This document shows, in pieces, positions 37,415-51,456 of a DNA stretch of 51,456 bases. The DNA comes from Blastocystis sp. subtype 4. Its lineage: Eukaryota. The notes below the pieces were generated by a model. That model was not told the DNA's origin. It saw nothing but the letters and a program-made list of their open reading frames with translations, and ran no database searches. The DNA lies in NCBI RefSeq assembly GCF_000743755.1, contig NW_014569510.1, positions 1-51,456 of the forward strand, in the 5' to 3' direction. Within the stretch, counting starts at the first letter, position 1, and each line of letters starts with the position of its first letter. The position numbers and the translations under genes are program-made.

Positions 37415-38574
37415 ATGCAAGATTGTAACAGTGGAAAGGTAGGAAAGATAGAAAGAATATGAATTGCAGGTTTTACTCATTGGCAATTGTGAAGCTGGAA
37501 AAACCTCGATGAGATCCATTATATTCGCAAATTATGAAGGTAGATTCTGGAAATGGGTTTTTAGTGGATAGCCAAGGAGACTAAGCTTCTTTCAGCCACT
37601 TATATCCTACTAGCTTATTCATCTAACTATTTCCCTAATGAATACATGATATTGATCAAGTTCAAGTCCAATTTCTTGGCAATCTTGTTTTAAGTATCCT
37701 CGATTGTGGAGGGTGTTTACGATGTGTTGAATCTTATTTGTAGTCAAGAGCGTTTCCTGAATGATCTGTTTACAAAGAAGAGCAAGGATGTCTTTTCTGA
37801 TGTGAGCATGATGTTATTTGTATTTGATGTTGCTTCAGAACAATATGAAGTGGGTTTGTTCTGATTCTGTCAACATAGATGGATTGGAAGATTTATCAGC
37901 AAGCGATGGAGAAGTTGGGTATATACAGTCCAAATTCCCTTGTTTATGTTCTTGTTCATAAGATGGATAAGATACCTTCGGATATGAAGCGTTCTGTAGG
38001 GTTCGTATTACCATTTCATCTAGAAATTGGATTTCTACACAGAAAAGGCTAAATCTATGTCGAATGGAAAACCCATTCGAGTATTCGGAACGTCCATCTG
38101 GGATGAGACTCTGTATCTTGTAGGAACGTTCTGTTGGATCGATTCTAGGCATGGTCCAATGTGATTCAGAGTCTGGTACCAGATTCACAGAAGCTACAGC
38201 AGCAGCTAAATTCACTTGCAGAATTTACGGAGTGTGATGAATTAGTACTATTTGAACGCAATACATTCTTGGTCCTTGCAAATAGTGACAATTCTCTCTC
38301 GTTGGATCCATTCCGATTTGAAAAGATTAGCAATACAATCAAACAGTTCAAGCTGGTTACAACGAAGTATCGTAGTTCGTATGACGGCTTCACCATTCGT
38401 GATGGTAAGACGATCATTTGTATGAAGCCATTCACCGAATTCACATCTATGATGGTCGTGTCATCATCTGAGCGCACTAGTCTGACTAGATTCGATATCT
38501 GATTCATAGATGAGTCTTTGATCTCGTTGAATTTGCAATGTGCTCGTCAATACTTCAGTGATTATCACATTTGA
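37415..38574 (+). CDS. RRAGA: Rag GTPase RagA/B (Gtr1)
   Basis: KVLLIG...GKTSMRSIIFANY, FLGNLVLSILDCGGQ, HKMD, TSIWDETLY, LFERNTFL, RFEKISNTIKQFKL. Confidence 0.92.
37602..37645 (+). other. U12-type intron with AT-AC termini, 44 nt
   Basis: ATATCCTAC...TTCCCTAAT-GAATAC. Removal gives LSATYDIDQVQVQFLGNL, matching RagA LGATIDVEHSHVRFLGNL. Confidence 0.88.
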
Positions 38575-38952
38575 TTGTATTATTATGTATTCTCTTGATG
38601 ATGTGTGTTTTCAAAGAATGGACTGGTACCAAAGTTTGGTACTTCTTTGGGATCTCTTAGCACGTTCATTACCATTGGAAATAGAATTGATAATGATACT
38701 TGTTGTCATTCCTAAACAAGTGTAGATCGTCGTGAAGATGGTAGATAAGAAATAGTGGAATCCCTTAAGAAGAAACTAACATCACAAATCAGAATCGAAA
38801 GAACTCTTCAGGATATCCTCGGTTTCCTCTATCGCCATAGATTTCATCGCCAGAAAGACCACTACGTAGTGTAATTAATACACGTTTGGATTGTTCCTCT
38901 AAAAAGCATCGACAAAACGCCCATGAAGTCCTATTTTTCACAGAAAAGGTAG

Positions 38953-40499
<1,547 letters not shown>

Positions 40500-40519
40500 T
40501 CTGTCGTTTGATGTGTTTG

Positions 40520-41166
40520 TTAAGAAAGACTTGATATCACAGCAGGAGGTGTAAAGTGACGAGTCCAAGCAGCTTTCTGTTGAAAGGAATTGATAACATA
40601 GTCCATAACAATTCCAAATAGAACAAACCCAACAGCACACTTGCCAGATTGCTTCAAAATGACTACAATATCAAGTATATATTGTACGCCTACCCTGCCA
40701 TGACTCTTTACGAGCAGCAAAACCTCCCCATGCACCTCCAGCAATAGCTCCAGACACAATCGAATTCCATTGATCATCCTTTCCACGCCACTTGGCCATC
40801 CAGCAAATTCCTGATGTCAATACAACACCTAGAATACCGAAAGTCTACAAGTACATGAAGTTTGGTACAACTACTGCAGCATAATTGACACAACGTCGAT
40901 ATGTGCATATCACTGTCTGTTTTGCAGCGAATTTCAGCTGTTCTGCCGTCGTTTGTCCAAGCATTTCTCCATGACATCCTTCAAAGGTTCCAAAAAATAC
41001 ACCAAAACTAATACCCATACCGGCTCCTATCAAAATATAAGAAGGAAAAGCGAATACCCATCACACCCGACAATACCCCTTTGAGAAGACAGTTCTCCTT
41101 GGAATGTTCAACGACATACATCATTCCGTCAATAATCCTTGCTTTTACCGAATCCAATGACGCCAT
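40520..41166 (-). CDS. TIM22: Tim17/22/23 family inner-membrane translocase, Tim22-like
   Basis: ENCLLKGVLSGVMGAGMG, FG.LG, RGKDDQWNSIVSGAIAGG; three short introns. Confidence 0.75.
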
Positions 41167-41206
41167 GGTGAGAAATGTAACAAACAGACGACTCTCAAAA
41201 GGACTT

Positions 41207-43642
<2,436 letters not shown>

Positions 43643-43950
43643 GATACTTATTTGGATATTGAAAACAAGATAAATATAGGATTGAAAGGAATAGGACCCA
43701 ATAAAATTCAATAGCCTGGAAATACAGAGAGTTCATTTAAATATTAGGGCCATATATTCAATAACAACCCAAGTCTATTCTCAATGAATATTAAAGCAAT
43801 CAAGTTGATAGGATGGAAATGGATAGAAAACACTATACTCGTGTAGTTGTAAGAATAAGCTTCAATTGTCAAAATTAAGACTATTATTGTCACCCAAATA
43901 GGTCCCAAAAACGCAAAGAACATCAAATCTAGTCATCTGGGTATTCTGAA

Positions 43951-46900
43951 ATGCCTAGTGAAGAGAGACATCACAGTAGCAGGAGTAGACATAGTCATTA
44001 TCATAGCGACTCCCATCGAAGTCGCAGTCGAGACTCGCATCGTTCGAAAGACTACAGTCGACATCGATCAAGTCACCGAAGTAGATCGAGCCATCGGGAT
44101 AGTCATCGAGACAGTCATCGAGAGCGAAGTCACCAAAATGAGAATCGCTCCGTGTCGCGAGTGGAGACTCAACATGGAACGAGGGGACGTGCTTCGGTAA
44201 GATATGAGACGATTCAAAAGGGAACGGCTTCGTCGAATGCTACAGGATCAACAGCTGTACCTCCATTGCCATCTGTAGAAGTAAGTGGTTGTGGTTATGT
44301 ATAGATCTCGTTGTCGTTGAATGAGGCAAAAACGCAGGAACTGAAGCCTGTTGTATCTCTGTTTAATTCGGCTGCAGTTCGTTATTTGGATTTTGTGTTA
44401 GTCGTAGTCAGATGCACGAACTCAAGTTGCTTCGACTCCTGTCACGGAAAGTAGTGATGGAAGAAAGAGTAAATGTGTTGAAGGATAATGTAATCGTTAG
44501 ATAATGATGACTCAAATAAGATGGAAGAAGAAGAGGACCCTTTAGATGCTTATATGCGTGAAATTGAAGTAACAATCATTATATCTGTTTATCAGATAGA
44601 AAGAAACCAAAGAAGGTGTTGTGGAATCGCTAAAGCAAGATTATGAAAACGGTCAAAAACACATGGAAGAAGAAGCCCGTAAAGAAGAAGAAGCAAGAGC
44701 AGCAGCAGCTCCTGTTATTACCCTTGATGAGATTCTGTTTGTGTGTATATGGTTGATAATAGTTAGAAATGATCACAAAGAAGAATCAAAGGATGATGAA
44801 GACGATGAGAAATATCATCGTGAATTCCGAGAAGCCTTATTGAAGCAAGTAAATGATGATGGGAAAATTGAGTTGTAGCAAGAAGAAGAGAAGAAGGCTC
44901 GAACAGAGAAAAAGATCGATGAAGGACTTGGGTATACAGAATTGGTAGAAGAAGGGAGGGATTCTGATGTGTAGCAAGATGATTATGTGGAAGAGTATAT
45001 GGACCAAGAGAATGAGTTGACTGCGTTAGAGCAACTCCAAAAGAAGATTCAACGCAAGATTCTGGAAGTACGGAAATCTTTCATTTTTTGACACATAGCC
45101 AGTGGATCACTCGAAGATCGATTATCTTCCTATTCGGAAGAATTTCTACATTGAATCTCCTCTAATCACAAAAATGACAGAAGTAAATGGAATTCCACAA
45201 ATCTCAATATTAGGAAGAGGTAACAAATCTTCGCAAAGAATGGCGAATGGTGATTCGAGGAAAGCATTATACTCGTCCGATTCTGACATGGAGTCAATGT
45301 GGTTTGACAGAGAAGATCATGCATGTGATCAACAAACTTGGTTACGAGAAACCCTTTCCCATTCAGTGTCAAGTAAGAACATGAAAGAATTGTTATTTAA
45401 AGGCTATTCCCACGATTATGTCAGGACGAGAATGTATTGCCGTAGCAAAAACTGGATCTGGAAAAACACTGGCTTATTTGTTACCACTTTTTAGGCATAT
45501 TTTGGATCAACCTCCAGTGAAGGAAGGTGATGGTCCAATTGGTCTTATTTTTGCCCCAGCACGTGAGCTGGTAGCCCAAATCTATACAGAAGCTTCCAAG
45601 TTCTGTAAGTTGTTGGGTATCCGAATCACAGCTGTGTACGGTGGTACTTCAATGACGGACCAAATCAATTGTCTCAAACGAGGCAGTGAGATCATTGTGT
45701 GTACTCCAGGTCGAATGATTGATATTTTGTGCCTTAATCAAGGTCGACTTGTTGGTCTTCGGCGTGTCAGTTACATCGTTCTGGATGAAGCAGATCGTAT
45801 GTTGGATATGGGGTTTGAACCTCAAATCAGTCGTATTGTAGAGAACGCTCGTCCAGACAGACAGCTGGTAATGTTCTCAGCCACCTTCCCCTCTCATGTG
45901 GAAAACTTGGCAAGGAAGATTCTATCAAAACCTGTTATGATCATTGTGGGAGGCCGTACAGAAGTGGCTTCAGAAGTGTCACAGACAATCGAAGTACGAA
46001 CCAAAGAGGAGAAATTCCCACGGTTATTACAAATTCTTGGTGAATGGTATGATAAAGGCCTGATTCTGATCTTTGTGGATAAGCAACAGAAAGCAGATTA
46101 CTTATTCCGTGATCTGTTACGAAGTGGTTACTATAGCTTCACCTTACATGGAGGAATGGACCAACAGGACCGTGATCAAACCATTGCTGACTTCAAGAAC
46201 AAAACACGAACCATTCTCATTGCCACTTCAGTAGCAGGTCGTGGTTTGCATGTGAATGATCTGGTATTGGTGATCAATTATGACTGTCCAAACCATTTGG
46301 AGGACTATGTGAGAATGAAGAGAACTGGTTATTCGTAGGTTCATCGTGTAGGGAGAACCGGTAGAGCAGGTCGGAAAGGAACTGCCATTACATTTATCAC
46401 ACCTCAGGAAGAGCAGTATGCAGAAGATATGGTGCGTGCATTAACAGAAAGTCACACAGCAGTACCTCCAGAACTGCAGAAATTGGCTGATTCATTTGAA
46501 GCGAAAGTAAAAGCAGGAGCAGCAAAGCATCGACGGTCAGGATATCACACGAAAGGGTAGACACAGAGGAAGTGAATAATCATTAGATTCAAGTTTGATG
46601 AAGCAGAGGCAGGTGAGAAGGAAGTGTTGAAGAATATGCAACGTCGTCAAGTGGAAGTGGAGAATGGAATTATTACTGCAGAAGAGGCTCAACAGCAAGA
46701 GCAGGATGAGCAGACAGTACGTGAGAAGTTCAATATTAAACTGGTGGATACGAGAGATTTGGAAGGAGTAGAAGGTGTGGATAATGGAACTTCAATGCAG
46801 CAGTTACTTCAGAAGATTGAAGCTAGTAGTGATGAAGAGGAAGAAGGAGAAGAAGAGAATGGTAGATACTGGAGAGATGCATGACAGATAGAGTTAATGA

Positions 46901-47457
46901 ATGAAGATGGAACAGTGAATCGGAAGAGTGTGAAGCGAAAGGGTCTGGAGATTATCAACTCGATTGCTGCTGAAGGAGGTGAAGGAATGGAGAAACTCTT
47001 CCAAGTAGCAGCGGATTCTGGAAATGTGAATGCAGCAACATTAATGGACGCAATCAAAGCTGTTCAGAGTATTGAAGTATGATTAGAGATCATGAATCAG
47101 TTGTAGGACAGCATTCAATTCAATCAGGGTATTCAGAAGTTGAATGTGAATGGAAAAATGTTCTATTACGAAGAAGTGGAAATCAACGATTATCCTCAGA
47201 AAGCTCGTTTCGCTTTGAATAATCGTACTGAAATGGACCGTATACAAGATTGGACGGGTGCTTCAGTAGGTATTCGTGGAAATTATGTGCCTCCTGGAAG
47301 AAAACCAGCGTTGGGATCTCGTAAACTTCATCTTTATATTGAGGCTGATTCGCCTGCCAAAGTTACTCGGGCTAAAACTGAGTGTATTTCATTCTTGGAG
47401 AATGCTACGAAGGGAGGTAGTTATGATACAGATATGATTAAGGCTTATACTTCATAA
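43951..47457 (+). CDS. DDX46: DEAD-box helicase Prp5/DDX46
   Basis: RS-rich N-terminus, [33 protein letters not shown]-terminal [10 protein letters not shown]...KLHLYIE. Confidence 0.95.
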
Positions 47458-47523
47458 TGTGTTTGTTAAGAGAAATGAGTTTGTGATCACATAGCAAAGA
47501 GTGTTATGATTCTAACAAACACT

Positions 47524-50302
47524 TCATAAAAAGTCACTCATAAGAGCAGCTTGACGTACAGCACAGGTAAACCCTTGCTGATATCGAAACACAATTCCTT
47601 TCACCTTCTTACGAGTCTTTGACTCATGTTGGGAACTAAAGAATGTGGATCGTTTGATAGGAGTCATTCGCTTCTCCACAGACTCATCAGCTTTCGGCTG
47701 ATGCAACAAAACAGGAGCTTTCTTAGGAGTCTCTGGTTTCGCTCGCTCAATATGATGTGAAATGGACTCTCCTGTAGCCATTCCATGTTGAATCCGGTAC
47801 TTCTGCAACTCTCCTTGAATCCTGAACTTCACTGTATTCATCACTTTCACAAAAGGATGAGGAATTTCTGGAAATGTAGCAATTGAGACTAAATCAGGAT
47901 TCAATCCTATTGTTAACATTCCAGTCTTCTGTGAAGACTCATAACTAACTCCATACTCACTATCGTTCATTCATTCGTCTTTGCCTACGCCATAATCTCC
48001 ACAATATGTTGAATCTGTAGTTTCTCTGTGATCGTCAACAGAAGTGTCTCTACTGGACGAATCGTTGGTGTGATCACATGTAACAATGGTGATACGTACT
48101 CCACAATCAAAGGCAAAGAACGAGTTCCTTCAGATATACACATCCCTCGTGAGAACCGAATTCCCTTCAAGGCATCTTTGTATTGTCGACTCATTCGACG
48201 TAACTATGCTAAAAATACCCTTGATTTCATACCTCTGAACCAGCTCGAGGATATACTGGTTTCAATTGAGCTGGTCTCTCGCGTCTGTAAAGTATATGAA
48301 TGATACCCAAATATGTGGGAAGAGTTCTCTGAATAGCGAAGTCAGATCTACAAAATCATTCCGATTCCTGACATTCACAGTTTCCAAGAAAACTCCCGAA
48401 TTCGGTGATACTCAATCAGAGCTTCAAGAGCTGTCACATATTTCTGCAAAGTGGGATCAGGAACAGCAATTGTTGGCAAATACTCCATCACTCCATCAGC
48501 CACTTGTATTGGATTGATGTCAAAATAATGATGGAATATGTCAGGAAGATTGGATACAATCAATCCGCTTCCTAGTAATGAGTGATGGAATCCAATGATA
48601 CGGCCATGCTGACGCGTGCAGAGGAAGATAAGTCTCCAATACTCCTGGAGAGTCTTTGTTTGTTCCTTATTCCCGAGGGTTGACTTTGCCACAACATCAC
48701 TTGTGATCCTTCCTCCTGAGAGAATCAGTGACTGAAGAGCTGTGATCGAGAATCGAATATCACCCTCACTCAAAGCAACCAAATCCTTCAGTCCATTCAT
48801 TGTATGAGGAATCTGTTGTTGAGAACAGACCCGTTGAAGGAAGGAGAGTTGTTGCTGTGATGTAATTTGAGGCATGTTGAGAATCTGATAATAGGACCGC
48901 AGCCGCTGACTCTCACAATCATACTACAAGTTAGCTCTGAGAATGAACACAACTAAGTTTGAACATGTAATAACCACGGGGAATAGTCGTTTCTTTGGAT
49001 CAGCTTTTGCTTCTTCATATCGTTTGACAAGGAAAGAAATGATATGTCTTCGCTCAATGGAAGAGAACGAAGTATCGAAATTGTCCTTCACATAACCCTA
49101 ACAAATCAACCATACGAAAAGAACGAGAGGAGGAATTCGAGTTGAGAATGAAATCGAATCCATCTCCCACAGACTCTCCAATTGATGAACCAAATCATCT
49201 TGCGAAGTACCACTCAACTCACTTCCAATAGATACAACCCGAAGATGCATCGTCTTAGCAGCAATCTGAACCAATGTACTTTTCCCACAGCCTAGATTCG
49301 ATTCTCTTATCGTATTGCTACCAGTAGGACCACAAAGGAAGAAAACTGGATTAGCAGGTCGTGTTGGAAGTGGTGAAGGGAGATCTGGTCTGAAATACGG
49401 ACGAAGTGGAGGTTTACTGTGACAACGTGTTGAGTGATATCCACCTTGATGACACTCTGGGCAATACTATGGGTTATCGAGATAAAGAACCATCACAAAT
49501 GGCAAAGCATCCACTTCAGTTGTTGATTCATTCGGTAGAGTCTACAGTCAATTCATACTCACACCAATACTTGGAAGAGAAGTGGCTTCCATTGGGTTAG
49601 CCAGGTTAAAAAGATTCGATTACAGTGCTCATCAGATAGAAGATTCAAAAAGCTGGTTGGCTCATATTTCGTTCCCCAATTCAGCAATGCACTTCGTTTT
49701 CCTCCTTCTTCCTCCAAATGCGATTCTCGCTCTTCCTTCTAACTATCAAAACATATATCTGTCCCAACGCGAATTCTCTCCTCACGAACTCTGTCGATGA
49801 GTGATTCAATGGGTTCAGAGAGTAAACTTTTTGGACGCAAATTCAAATTGAACGATGTTTTCCAATCATTCCGGCGTTTGATAAACACCATTGATCCCTA
49901 CACTCAGAATTCTAAGGAAAACTGTACATCCATTAATTTACAAGCAACACTTTGGCCTTCTGGAGGTGTACTAAACAAATAATCCTCTCGTTTCTCCATG
50001 GGTTTTTCTTCAACCGGTTCTTCTGCGTCACTTATCTCACCCAAAATGTTGTTGACTTCTTCATCAAAGAGTTCTTCCAATGAAGGGCCATTCTGGACTG
50101 ATTCGGCAGGAACTGCTTCTGGTGGTTTTTCTCTATTTATCAATTTGTATATCATAATTTCAACTCTATAATATCTAATTCTTCTGGATAATTAACTACA
50201 CATCATCCAGACACTCACACTTTGACTTTCCTGGATAGCATCATCTTGTAATTGGTCATTCTCTATTTCTAAAAGACGATCCAAGTCGTCTTCAACCTCC
50301 AT
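47524..50302 (-). CDS. CTF18: CTF18 (alternative RFC clamp-loader large subunit)
   Basis: LWV.KYEP..F..LL, FLCGPTGCGKSTL, GDIRFSITALQ, C-terminal FRYQQGFTCAVR....SDFL*. Confidence 0.85.
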
Positions 50303-50403
50303 TTCAAGGAGAACTGAGATACATGGGATCCCCCAGTTTTTGTGACGTTACTTCGCGCCATCATTGCCGCGTTTTCAAATGATTCAATTTGTCAAAAAAC
50401 AGA

Positions 50404-51153
50404 TTAGACAGATGGATCTTTCTCTTCCTTTTGCTTAAATCCTTCGGGACCAAAATCCATGAGAGTTCTTTCCTTTTTAGAATACAATGCTCTCCAGATC
50501 GCTACAATGACACCAGCACCAACATTAAACTCGAGAATTGAATCAATAAAGATTGTTTGGAGAGTTGCTTCTCGAATGCCAGAAAAGAGAAGTGATAATT
50601 CAAAGAATCCTTCAACCATCACACAATACATAAAGATTTTCAACATGTTGGTCCCAGAGACATGATTGATTTCCAAATACAGATACCCAAGAACAGCTAC
50701 CAAAAGGAAAAGCCAGCGTTGAGAACTCATAAAACGACACACTCTAATGGTATTATGAAACTTAATGGAGGCTTGAAGGAATGCGGGAACAAATTGTACA
50801 CCAATAAATAGAATAATCCACAATTCACGTCTAGTCTCTTTTCGTTGAGGACCAAATGTCCCCTCAAGCATAAGACAAAAGAAAGAAGGATGAATCACCC
50901 CAGGTCCAAGTTGTAGCCAAATCTCTAAAAGATATGGATTCATCGACGATTCAATGACTCGCACTTTCATTATGGCCATCCAGATAATTGCGTCAACAAT
51001 ATAATATACTACGAATCCGATGCCACAAAACATCATTGCTTTCCACTGCTTGTTAATGTACAATGCACATAACCATAATACAACAGCAATGGCATCAAAT
51101 AGAATGATCGATGAATCTACCTCTCGTTGGACAATGTGTTCTCCGGAAAGCAT
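50404..51153 (-). CDS. Intronless polytopic membrane protein of unknown function; lateral-transfer candidate
   Basis: About 249 aa from ATG51153 with 7-8 hydrophobic helices and no introns. Stop followed by TGTTTTTT. Confidence 0.75.
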   Translation of the reverse strand: MLSGEHIVQREVDSSIILFDAIAVVLWLCALYINKQWKAMMFCGIGFVVYYIVDAIIWMAIMKVRVIESSMNPYLLEIWLQLGPGVIHPSFFCLMLEGTFGPQRKETRRELWIILFIGVQFVPAFLQASIKFHNTIRVCRFMSSQRWLFLLVAVLGYLYLEINHVSGTNMLKIFMYCVMVEGFFELSLLFSGIREATLQTIFIDSILEFNVGAGVIVAIWRALYSKKERTLMDFGPEGFKQKEEKDPSV

Positions 51154-51265
51154 AACTCTTTCCAGATCCCGAAAAACAGTATGGAATTTAGGAATTACAA
51201 TAAGAAAGCAGACTATTCCCCTTTCTCCTTCTTCACATAACGTACTTGATTCCGTGAACAATCAG

Positions 51266-51456
51266 ATGCAACGATTCGCAAGTCGTGCTACTGTTCTGAA
51301 GAGATGTTTTGCTTCTGGAAAGGAGCTCATGTTTGGAGTGGAGGTAGTTGTGGTTGGGTTAATTCATGGATTAGGCTCGTAACGCTATGCTTCGTGGAGT
51401 GAATCAGCTATCCGATGCTGTTGAGACCACTTTGGGACCTAAGGGACGGAATGTGA
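51266..51456 (+). CDS. HSP60: Chaperonin 60 (organellar), 5' part; runs off the window
   Basis: MQRFASRATVLKRCFASGKELMFGVE, intron 51344-51374, then ARNAMLRGVNQLSDAVETTLGPKGRNV. Confidence 0.93.

Noticed and set aside
38575..38952. Possible small gene between RagA and MetAP2
   Set aside because: No consistent spliced model or recognisable motif could be built; left unexplained.
43744..43926. Hydrophobic 60-aa ORF in the MCM5/DDX46 divergent gap
   Set aside because: AT-rich, no homology and no clear 3' motif.
51154..51261. N-terminal extension of ORF 50404-51261
   Set aside because: It starts at a non-ATG codon and covers the divergent promoter shared with Cpn60; ATG51153 is preferred.

Overview
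A very gene-dense eukaryotic window of about 40% GC. It holds about 33 genes, most split by tiny (~29-34 nt) GT-AG introns, and a TGTTTGTT element follows most of them. These traits point to the gut stramenopile Blastocystis (inferred; subtype not determined). The ORF track is fragmented by introns, so gene models were spliced by hand and internal exon boundaries are approximate. Highlights: (1) four genes (eIF2B-delta, a large surface protein, an HMG-box protein, a BSD protein) appear to have no genomic stop at the predicted cleavage site; an in-frame T followed by 4 nt and then TGTTTGTT or a 1-mismatch variant would become UAA on polyadenylation, and four more genes have a genomic stop at that site. 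(2) Three ultra-short (41-44 nt) U12-type introns, two AT-AC and one AT-AG, with the branch point almost touching the 3' splice site. (3) An H2A with a 19-nt frameshifting deletion of the invariant FPVGR motif and an acidic tail, divergent from an H2B with a histone stem-loop. (4) An RRP6 with a degenerate DEDDy active site. (5) A Hippo/MST-like kinase with a SARAH-like tail. (6) A stand-alone Yvh1/DUSP12 zinc-binding domain. (7) A frameshifted GT49 glycosyltransferase. (8) Lateral-transfer candidates. No rRNA, tRNA, CRISPR array or mobile element was recognised.
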